A stretch of DNA of 64,000 bases from NCBI RefSeq assembly GCF_030028105.1, contig NC_092370.1, positions 70,110,098 to 70,174,097 of the forward strand, given 5' to 3'. Positions within the stretch are counted from its first letter, which is position 1. Each line of letters opens with the position of its first letter. The notes below the pieces were generated by a model that saw only the letters and a program-made list of their open reading frames with translations, did not search any database and was not told the DNA's origin. The stretch is from Mobula birostris. Lineage: Eukaryota. This document shows, piece after piece, positions 25,501 to 37,500 of this stretch. A program made the position numbers and the translations under genes.

Positions 25501-28500
25501 TATCAGCTGAATAGTCAGTTAAATTTACCTCCTTGTAGGCACGTCCACCAATGTATTATTCACTGTATGTAGACATTTTAAAAGGCTTTGCATGTTAAAA
25601 TGCTAAATATTATTATATCTTCATTTTGAATTGCAGCTAAAATACAGGGAATGAAAAATGCCGTCGCTAAAAATGACAAGAGAAGAAGAAAACAGCTGGT
25701 AGAAGAAGTAGCAAAAATTGAGGCCGAGCTGGAACTAAGGCATGAAGAGGAACTAAAGCAATTCTCACTTGATAAGTCTAATGTGGTGAGTAACTGGCAT
25801 TGTGTTTAGACCTTAAAGAAAAAAAATCGCCCCTTTTCAAATAAAACTATTAAAAGGGATTGAAGTATTGAGGTATTTCAAGTATGTCTCAGTTTGGCTT
25901 TAATAAACTGTCATCCGATGCTAGAAAGAGATGTAAAAAATGTTCCTGTCATTTCACCAGTCTTATCACTTTTGCAAATCCCAAAAAAATTGGCAATAAA
26001 TGCATTTATATCTATCACTTTAGTGTCGATACTTTCTTTGGATGCGGGCTAAACAGTGCTGACCTCAAGCAGTTTTAAAACTGGAATGTTACCATGGAAG
26101 CCTGCTGAACAATTGGAGGAACATTGTAACGACTTCAGTGTAATCAGAAAAAAAAAACGATCGTTAAACTTTCACATTTAGAGAGTTGATGATAGAGGAT
26201 AATTGTGAAGAACAAACTATTTTTGATTAAAATAATTAATGTTGGTCACCAGCCGAGTCATTTTTAAGGTTACTTAAGGTGAAATATAGATTGTTAAATA
26301 TACTTTGTTTTTACCTTCATCCGAGGGCATGGCTGCTTTTTTTTGTAGCACACCTACTTTGTGTTAAGCCATAAAGCATTTATTGCACCAGTTTCATTTG
26401 GTAACATGGCCTTTGAGCTTACAGTTTGGAATTAAATCAATGTAAATGCCCTAAAATTTCTGTTAACTTGATATCTGTAGATGTTTTACATGAGGATCCC
26501 TGCAGCATCTGGTGACCTTGTGATCTTGTCTCAGAGGCTGACGTCAGAACATCTTTCAGAGGGTGAACCCTCGCAAGGTGACAAGCCCCAATGATGTACT
26601 TGGTAGGGCTCTGAAAACCTGTGCCAACCAAATGGTGGGTGCATTCAAAGACATTTCAATCTCTCATTGCTACAGTTAGAAATTCCCACCTATTGCACAA
26701 GTGCAAGTGTACCAGTGTCCATGAAGAGCAGGGTGAGCTGCCTTAACGACTATCATCCAGTAGCACTTACATCTATGGTGATGAAGTACTTTGCGAGGTT
26801 GGTTATGGCTGAAATCAACTCCTGCTTAAGCAAGGACCTGGACCCACTGCAATTTGGCAGTGGAAAGGGTAGTTCCTGGGTGTCAGCATCTTTGAGGATC
26901 TATCCTGTACCCACCATATCGATGTAGTTGCAAAGAAGGCATAACAACAATTATATTTCATTAGGAGTTTGAGGAGATTTGGTATGTCACCAAAGGCATT
27001 CATAAATTTCTACAGATTTACTGTGGAGAGCATTCTAACTGGCTGCATCACTGTTTGATCTGGTGGGGGGGGTGGGTGGCACTGCACAGGATTGAAATAA
27101 GCTGCAGAAAGTTGTAAACTCAATCAGCTCCATCGTGGGCACTGGCCTCCCCAGCATCTAGGACATTTGCCAGGACGAATGTCTCAAAAGGGCGGTATCC
27201 GTCATTAAGGACACCCTTCACACAGGACACGCCCTCTTCTCATTGCTACCATCAGGGAGTAGGTACAGGAGCCTGAAGGCACACACTCAGTGATTCGGGA
27301 ATAGTTCTTTTCCTCTGCCATCAGATTTCTGAATGGAGTTTGAATCCATGAACACTACCTCCCTATTTTTTTCTCTTTTTGCACTACTTATTTAATTTTT
27401 AAAAATATATACTTGCTATAATTTACAATAATGGTGTTCTCATTACACACTGTTGCTGCATAGCAACAAATTTCATGACATATGCCAATGATATTAAACC
27501 TAATTCTGATTCTATTTTATTTCCCTTCAGGTTGACTCTTCCACCAATGGGATTGCAAATTTGGAATTGGAAATAAATAACGAGAAAGAAGTTAAACAAC
27601 TTCGGCTGTCCAAAGCACAGAAGAGAAGGGTGTGTAGTTTATTTTTAAATGTAGATATACAATTAAAAATTGTGTTTCACCTTTTTTAATGCTTTAAATT
27701 ATTTGCCTTGTTTATTAATTGAAAAGAAGTTTGAATAATACATCCTGAAAGATGCACTTCCAATGAGACCTGTTATTCCCAACGGAATCCGCAGTGGTCC
27801 ATTTCATGGCTAAGTCTTTGCTGAGCTGGGCACAGGGAAGATTGACAGACCCTAAAAGACCCATGCTCATGGCAACCACAAATAAACCGTATAAAAAGGC
27901 TGACATGGAGGGAAGGGAATGCTTGAGGTGATTTGCCCATAGTGAAGTGGCAGTGATTATTGAGCAGAAATCATGGCTTGATGCTTTGAGGTGCATAAAA
28001 TTAAAAGGCTACAAGCAATGAAAGAGAAAGGAAAACTGGGTGAGGAAAATATTTTGACAAGTGGAGTACAGATCTGGTAGATCAGTGCATTAGCAACAGA
28101 ATGGGGATCCTTTAATTTGTGTCTTATGGGGGATTTGGGTGCAATGTGCTGATTGTTTATCGATGATTCTTCAGTAATGGTTATTAATTCTTAAATTTCT
28201 ATCAATGAATGTGTAAGTCTCCTTGGGAAACTATCTGAGTCCTGAAAAAATGTGAAGCACACCGAGGTATAGTAAATAGCATACAAAAGTGTGCAGTCTG
28301 ATTTTTCTAATGAGATTGATTTCATGTGGTTAGTTTGATATAAAATTGATATAATTGCAGTTATCTACAATTGTGTATTATAAATGGGCACTAATCTATT
28401 CAGTTCACTTTACAATAGATACTTTAATGTTGAATACTTCAGTAGAATACATACTTAAATAGTATCTTCTAAAGTGATTTTGATTGCATATTGTGTTATG

Positions 28501-31500
28501 AACTTAACTTTCAACTATAAAAATATATTTTCAATGCCGCTACAAGGAGAAGAAAGCTGCTCAGGAGAAAGAAAGAGAAGAGAGAATAGCTGAAGCTGAA
28601 GTTGAGAACTTGAAAGGAGCCCGGTATCTTGAAAATCAGAAACTTGCTGAAATTCTTGCTTCAAGGAAATTGCAGATTAAGCAGATCCCATCTGATGGTC
28701 ACTGCATGTACAAAGCTATTGAAGACCAACTCAGCAACCAGAATAGTCTACTAACACTTGTGGAGCTAAGGTCACTGGCAGCTGAATACATGAGAAGTCA
28801 TATGGATGATTTCCTACCTTTTCTGACCAACTCTAATACAGGCGATATGTACACACCTGGTAAGTATTTAAATGATGCTTCAGAGGCATACAATTACCAA
28901 TTCTGTTAAGAATTAAACTTAAGAGTTATAGTTTGTGCTTTTATATGGAAGAAGCCTCATGTCTGAAATGAGTTTGTGCTGCACTAACATTTTTGCTAAT
29001 GGATGGTGGTGTACTGTTTGCTCTGTTCTCACGTGACCGGTTGAGAAAGTCATGAAATTTCACTGTTTACCTTTACTTCATCTAAAGTCAATCAGAGTAA
29101 TTTAGAGTGGTGTGATCAGTATCTGACATTAATGCTAATGACGCTCACTTACACTGGCCTGTTCTGCCATTCTGCAAAACAATGGTACTTCTCTGTCTCA
29201 CATCCTTTTTCATGTTAAATCTTCATAATCTCCTGATAATTTTTGGAGGTAATCAGTCTCTAGATATGTTAAGTCTTTTGTAAAGAAATTTATTCTCTCT
29301 TCAGTCTTGGAGTAGGCTGCCTCTTAACTGGATACTATTCTCTCTAGGGAATATAGTCCTACAAAAGTTCCATTGCAGGTAGTGCAGCTATTTCATTGTT
29401 TTAGTATCCCAGTTTATTTTTGAATTTTGTTGCGTGTGTGGGGTTTGCATATTTGCTCTATGGTTGTGTGGGTTTCCTCAGGATGTCCAGTTTGTTCCCA
29501 TGTCTCAGTAATATGCTGGTTGCTAGGTTGGAACATTGAGCAGTGCAGCACAGGAACAGGCCTTATGGCCCATAATGTCTCTGCTAACCATGGCGCCAAA
29601 TTAATCCCTGTTCATGTCCCTGCCTAAATGTCTCTTAATGGTGCCATCTTATGTTTCCACTACTTCCCAGGGTGGCACATTCCAGCCCATCTATCTGTAT
29701 GTGTGGTGTGGGAGGATGAACTTGCCTTGCAAATCTCCTTTAAATATTCCTGCCTTCCCCCCCCCCCCCCACTTTATTCTCAAGGTTTTGACATTTCCTC
29801 TCTGAGAAAAAGACTCTTGACTATCTATCCAATTTATGCCTGGTATAATTTTATATGGTTCTGTCTGGTCATCTCCTCTCTCTTCTTCCAGCCATCCCCC
29901 CACCCCCCCCCCCCGTGTCCAGCAATCGAGAGAGGGCAATCCAAATTTGTCCAACCTCTTCGATAGCTAATGCTCTACAATCCCAGCAACATCCAGGTAA
30001 ATCTCTTCTGTACTCTTTCAAAAGTATCTACATCCTTTTCGTAAAGTGGCAGCCAGAACTGCATACAGTACTCTAAATGTGGCTTAACCAAAGTTTTATA
30101 CAGTTGCAACAAGACTTCCTGACTTTTATACTCAGTGCCCTGATGGATAAAGGCAAGTATGCCATTTACCATCTTCACCGTCCTATCTACCTGTATCACC
30201 ACTTTCAGGGAGCTATAGACTTGTAACCGAAAAACCCTTCATATACTAATGCACCTCAGAGTCCTACCATATCCTGTATACTTTCCTCATTAATGTGATC
30301 TCCCAAAATGCAAGTCCTCACGCTTGTCTGGAAAAACACTATCTGCCATTTCTTTGCCCATATTTTCAGCAGTTTTACATTTTGGTGTATACTTTGATAA
30401 CCTTCCTCAATATGCATGTCTCTTGTGGTGTTTTTGCAACACACACACACACAAAAGTGCTGGAGGAACTCAGCAGGTCAGGCACGATCTATGGAGAGAA
30501 ATAAATCCTCCATAGCCACAGACAAGGCTGGTGCTGTCATAGTCTGGCAGACTGATCTCTACCCTGCTGAGGCCAGATGGCAGCTCTCAGACACCTGCTT
30601 TTGCTTCTTAAATAGGACTCCACTAAAAAGCATCAGGCTATTGCTTCCTGCACTATCATCAACCTCATGGACTCTGGAGATCTTCCATGTACTGTTCCCT
30701 ACTAAGATCCACAAACTAACTGTCCTAGTAGTCCCATTGATTCCACCTGCTCCTGCTCTGCTGAAATCGCATCTGCATACCTTGACTCCATTTTGTCTCC
30801 CTTAGTGCAGTTGCTTCCTACCTGTGTCTGTGATGGTTCAAATGCTCTCTATTACTTCACTCACTTTCAGTTCACTGGCCTGATCAACTTATTTTCATTA
30901 TGAATGTGCAGTCCCTATACGCTTCCATCTCATTAGGAAGACTCCTCCCAATTTCTCCAAACCAAAATTGTAGCCACAGGCACTTGCATGGACCCCAGCT
31001 ATGCCTACCTTTTTGTTGGCTTCGTGGAATAGTCCATGTTCCAAGACTACACTGGTAATTTTCCCAACTGTTTCTCCACAACACTAACAAATGCATCAGT
31101 GCCGCTTTCTGCACCTATGCTGAGCTTGTCGACTTTATCAACTTTGTCTCCAACTTGCATCCTGCCCTCAGATGTGCTTGGTTCATTTCCGACACTTCTA
31201 ACCTCCTTCTCAATTGCTCTGTCTCCATTTCCAGAGACAGACTATCTACTTTATACTTCATGGTCACCAAACAATTGATACTAGAATGTACAACCATTAC
31301 AGCAATATTTGATTCTGCTCTTCCTGCTCCATGGATTACAAATCAATAGTAAATATTAAACATTTAAATTATAAATCATAAATAGAAAATAGAAAAATGG
31401 AAAGTAAGGTGGTGCAAAAAAACCGAGAGGCAGGTCCGGGTATTTGGAGGGTACGGCCCAGAACCGGGTCAGGATCTGTTCAGCAGTCTTATCACAGTTG

Positions 31501-34500
31501 GAAAGAAGCTGTTCCCAAATCTGGCCGTACGAGTCTTCAAGCTCCTGAACCTTCTCCCGGAGGGAAGAGGGACGAAAAGTATGTTGACTAGGTGGGTCGT
31601 GTCCTTGATTATCTTGGCAGCACTTCTCCGACAGCGTGCGGTGTAAAGTGAGTCCACGGACGGAAGATTGGTTTGTGTGATGTGCTTCGCCGTGTTCACG
31701 ACCTTCTGCAGCTTCCGGTCACTGCTCTTCCGGTCTTGGACAGGAGAACTTCCATACCAGGTTATGATGCACCCTAGAAGAATGCTTTCTATGGTGCATC
31801 TATAAAAATTTGTGAAGGTTTTAGGGGACAGGCCAAATTTCTTTAGTTTTCTCAGGAAGTAAAGGTGCTGGTGGGCCTTCTTGGCAGTGGACTCTGCTTG
31901 GTTGGATCAAGTCAGGTCATTTGTGATATTGACTCCAAGGAACTTAAAGCTTTTGACCTGTTCCACTTGTGCACCACCGATATAAATTGGGTCGTGCGGT
32001 GCGCTACCCCTTCTGAAGTCAACAACCAATTCCTTCGCCTTGCTGACATTGAGGGATAGGTTATTGTCTTCGCACCATGCCACCAGGTTCTTAATTTCCT
32101 CTCTGTACTCAAACTCATCATTACCCAAGATACTGACATCTTCTAGAAACCCACTGATTCTCAGTTATCCTGACCTTACCTCATCCCACCCTGGCACTTG
32201 CAAAAATGCTATTCCCTTTTCTCAGTTCCTCCGTCTTGACTGCATCTGTTCTCAGGATACGGAATTCCATTCTAGAACATCTTTATGGCCTCTGTTTTAA
32301 AAACGGTGTTGCCTTTCCTTCACCATCGATGATACCCTTACCTGCATCTCCTCCATCTGCCTCACCCCATCCTCCTGCCATTATAACAAGGCTAGGGTTC
32401 CTCTTGTCCTTATCTACCACCCCACAAGCCTCCATATCCAGCACATCATTCTTTGCAACTTCTGCCATCTTCAATAGGATCCTGTCACTAGGCAGAACCT
32501 TCCCTTCTCTTCCCCTCCCACACTTCTCCACTCTCCATAGGGATCGTTCTCTTTGTGATTCTTTTGTCCACTCATCCTTCCTTCTGATTTCCTTCCTGGC
32601 ACTTATCACTGCTCTTGCACCACCTCCCTCACCATCATTTAGGGCCCCAAATTATCCTTCTAGATAAGGCAATGCTTTACCTACAAGTATGTTGGGGTTA
32701 CCTATTGAATCCAGTGCTCTCATTGCAGCCTTCTCTATATCGATGAGACCCAGTGCAGATTGGAGGATTGACGTACCAAGCACCATTGCTTTGTCCTCTG
32801 TTAAAGACATGATCTCATCACAGCCACCCATTTCAATATGACTTCCCATTCCCATACTGACATGTTCACTGTCTCCTCAACTGCCACAATGAGGCCCAAC
32901 TTGGGTTGGAGGAGCAACACCTCATAGTCCATCTGGAATGTGGCATGAACATTGATTTCTTTCACTACTAATTACTCCCCCTACCCTTTTATCCCCTCCC
33001 CCTTCCATTCCCAATTCTGGTTACTCACTCACCCCTTCTCCTCTTCTCCCCTGCCCTCAGGGCCTGCCTATCCCCTCTCTCTGGTTTCCCTCCTCCTTCC
33101 CTTGTTCCACAGTCCACTGTCCTTTCCTATTATATTCCTCCTTCAACCCTTTACCTTTCCCAGTTATCACCTCGCAGTTTCTCACATTGTCTTCCCTCCT
33201 CCACCCACAACCTTCCTCCTCATCTTGTCTCCTCTATCATCTGCTGTCTTGTACTCCCCTGCCACCTTATTCTGACCTTTGTCCCTTTTTCCAGGCCTGA
33301 TGAAGCACCTTAGTCCAGAATAGATGCTGCCCTGTTCCTCCAGTATTTTATGTGTTGCTCAAATTTCCATCATCTGCCATCTTTCTTGTGTCTGCAAATT
33401 TTGTATTGTGTGCAGACTTACTAATCATTAGTCCTCCGTTACTTTTGTCCAAATTTCATCCAACTCAATCAGATTTATAAAACACAATCTCCCACGCATG
33501 AAGTTATTTCTGAACATTGCTAATAAGTTCATTCTTTCCTAGACGTGAGTAGATCCTATCTTTAAGAAAGGTTAAGTAGTAAGTAAATTTTTCCTAGGAT
33601 TGTAGGTTTAGGGATGTTAATGGTATGTATGTGGAAATAGAGTGTATATTTTGGGGTGGGATTGATGGGATTGCTTTGAGAAATGGCATAGGTGTGGTGG
33701 GCTAATTGGCTTCTGTGTCATAAGGACACAGGAAGTAAAGCAATCCAATCTTTCAGTGAAGTTGCTCCTCATTCTTGTATTCCAGTATAGGCCATTTCTT
33801 TGTGATATTTCTCCAGTGCAAACTTTTTTTTTCCAGGATAAATATTCTTCCCGGGTGTCACCAGTGAACCTAAACTACACACATGTATTTTCCTTTGAGC
33901 AAGGTGTGGGCCCACCAAAGCCCTGTAATTTTCGCAAGGTCATCTTACCCTCTGCTTTCTGTTCCCTTAATGTTAACTATGCATTTAATGAATTGACACA
34001 GTAAGATCCCGCTGAACACCACTAGTTCAGCATTTCTCACTTTCTATTCTTTCCTTGAATTTGAATTTTTCATGTTTTTTTTCTACTTAATGTCTCAAGC
34101 TGTTCTCATCTCGTTATGGTTTCTCACTGTATGTTGTGTGGTTGGTGAATTAGCAGGCTGACTTAACATTCCATCCTTCCACCTAAACTATCAGATAAAT
34201 GATGGCCAAGTTCTGAACCCGTTGTATCCCATTAGTCATCTGTCATTCTGGGGGAAAATGTTCCAACTGTTTAGTCCTTGTAATGACCTAATACGGTTAC
34301 AATAATACATTAATGCCAACTATGGGAGATCCAGTTCTATACTAACATTTTATATGATCAAATGCCTTTGGAAAATCTTGGTTGCTTTTTCTTTACTTTT
34401 AAAATTTGAATGTCAGAAGTGTTCACAAAACTTCAAGCTTTGACAGCTGGTTAAGCCCGAATTAACCAGCTGTGAACATAGCTCTCTGGGTAACGATTGA

Positions 34501-37500
34501 TCACGCCCTGAAACTTGTTGGGATTTACAGCCTGTATTATTCCATGTTATGTTTCATATTTCTTGTGCGGCTCAGGGCCTTGTTAATCATTTGGAAAGTC
34601 TTTGCTGAGGAAGTTATTATTTGAGAAACTCATTCAAGCAGGTTTAGTGTGAGACATGGGAACTGCAGGCTGGGAGGAAGGTCCTGTTTAATACATCCTT
34701 AATAATTCATTCCAGCATCGTTCTACCAATTATTGTTGGTATCTGGTCCGCAGATCACTCTTTTGTTTCCTTTCCTGAAAGGTGAAATTGCTGGTGCTGT
34801 CATTGACTTCCTGACTGCCAGATTGTTAAAGATCAAAATATAGATTGAGCAGAGCATTCCGAAATATAGGATTACTTCAACCTTGAGTACTATTCGGCAG
34901 CTGCCAAAATATATTCCACCTCTCAGCTGTTGACTCAAGTCATATTGGACCACTCCGTATGCTTTCCATCACTATTTTTATTGTTTTACTTTTAATCTAA
35001 TGAACTCTGTTGCTTTATTTCTGTCATTGGTCAAATACTTATCCACACTTTTTTTTAATCTCTCTATTTTACTTCTAAAATATTAAAGTCTGTCACAAGC
35101 CTTGTGGCCCATCAGGCCAGTGCTTATGCCAGTTTCCATGGCATGAAGCAACTGACAGTATGAGACTCCCCCCCCCCCCCCCCCCCCCGGATAAGGCACC
35201 AGTCTATTGTGAGGTTAACCCCCCAGCATTTTTGCCAGTACCCATTCTCAGCTGGGTAGACTGGAGCATTGTGTGGTTAAGTGTCCAAGTGGTTAAGCCG
35301 TTGGACTAGCAATCTGAAGGTCATGAGTTCGAGCCCCAGCTGAGGCAGCGTGTTGTGTTCTTGAGCAAAGCACTTAACCACACACTGCTCCAGTCCACCC
35401 AGCTGAAGGTGGGTATTGGCAAAAATGCTCGGGGTTAACCTCGCGATAGATTGGCGTCCTATCCGGGGGGGAGTGGGGGTGAGTTTTGTATTCTCAGTCA
35501 CTTCACGCCACGGAAACTGGCATAAGCACTGGCCTGATGAGCCTATAAGACTCGGGACAGAAGTCCATAAACTTCTAAAAGAGTATCTTTATTAGCTCTG
35601 TTTTACATAATCCACAGATTTCTAATGTTGCTCTGTCTGAGCAACTTCCTGTCGCCAAATCTTGGACATCATTTCATGCACACCTATCAACTTACCTAGT
35701 TTATTACATTGGATCAGGATCTTTATCTCACAAATTTCTATGACCTTCACCACCGATGTTTAGAAATCCCTTAGTGACTGCCCTGCTTTTTAAACTTAGG
35801 CATTCTGTACTTTTATTTTCTTTTAAACCCTTACAATGCTGCATATCTCTAGTGTTTATAATAGAAACACACTCTCTGTTTTGAAACTTTGTTATCCTTC
35901 TAAAAGATACTGCCTTTTGTTGCTTCAGGATTATTTTACAGTTTAGTCAGTTGTGTAATCTTTCTGCTTGTGGCTGACGTAAGAGTGAAGAAGCTTTTCA
36001 CTAAAGGCTAAGGTGAACTTTAATACTGTGTGGATAGACATAATAAAAATGCTGTAAATATTTGGCCAGGTAAACATTGTAGAGAAAGAGACAAAGTAAT
36101 TACTCCAGATTGTCAGTACTGGGAAAGTTTGAGATGTAACATGTTTTTTTCTGTAAGCACTGAGGCAGGAAAAGGAGGATTGGGAAGGAGAGAATGTAAT
36201 TTATTCTCTTGTGCTTCACCCACTATTGCAATATTTCCATGCCTCTATATTTGTTTAAAACTAGTCACATCTCCAACTTTTTCCATTGCTTACCTGAAAC
36301 AACTTTGTTTCTCTTTCTCCACAGAGCCTTCTTGATTCCTATGTATGGGGTTTCTGTTTTCATGATTAAAGGCTTTTAAAGGTAGGCCAAACATGGATGA
36401 AAGCTTATTTGGCTTGGACCAGAAACAATAAATAAAGCACATATCTAATATCTCTAATGCACAATATTCACAGCCACATGTGAATGGAAATCATTATCAA
36501 AATGGCAATTATGATTGATAATACTGATCAAGATATATATTTACATATTGTGTGCTACCTTGTAATTTTTTTCCATTTTTAATTTTCTGTGTACATACTT
36601 AAAATGTTTTTTTTTACATATATTTGAAAAAAAAACTGGTTTTGCACCTTTCCTCAGAATGATGGTGAGGAGCTTGAAAACGAGAATTTCTCAATCATTT
36701 CTTCACAATAGTGCATCATTTAAATTTAGTTTCAACATTTCGGCAGTTTAGAATAAATAACACCTCTACCTGAGTTTCATTTGCTTTAACACCTTTTCAG
36801 CTTATTTAGAACTTCAGTCTGATTTACAATTAAACTCAGAAGCACATCTCATATTTTTTATTTTTGAAGGATGTATTGGATGTGTGTTGCTCTGTGAAGA
36901 TTTTGAGGAATATTTATTCACTTGTAACTTTTCGTAGCAATACAAAGAAGCGTGGAAATAAGTTGAGAATATACAGGTTAAAATGGTAAAATTAAATACC
37001 AAATTAAGTTTAATTGTCATTCAAGCCATGCTTGGATACAGCCAAATGAGACAGTGTTCCTCTGCGGCCAATGTGCAAAAACATACACGCACATTCAAAA
37101 TAGCAAGAAGGGGAAAAGCAAAGAACATTATCGCATAAGAAAACACATCTTTAGTCCAAGTCCCACAAATGGATGGTTCCGGGCAACTAGACTGTAATTG
37201 CACCGATACAACACTCTGGAGGGCAGCACTGACGGGAGATGCCACTGGCAACTGAGCCCAGGCACCATGTGACAACGCGAGCCCCCGGCTTGAGGCCTGG
37301 TCCTCACTACAACTCGCCACCAAACAAGGGAAGCAGATCTGCGGTGATCAATGTCCAAAAGGGTCTTGCGATCACAAAAGAAACATCCAAGACAGTCACT
37401 CGCGGTTTCACTACATGCCGCCTTCGCACCTACTCAAAGGCATCAACTCCGGTGCCTTCGAGTAGTAGGCAGCAGCATGGTCTGCACCCAGGTCAGCTCT

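Noticed and set aside
35511-35545. GAAAC...CCTGATGAG at the SINE 3' end looks like hammerhead cores
   Set aside because: Order and spacing leave room for only one weak hairpin between the cores, and the other arm reads CTGATGGG. No valid hammerhead fold.
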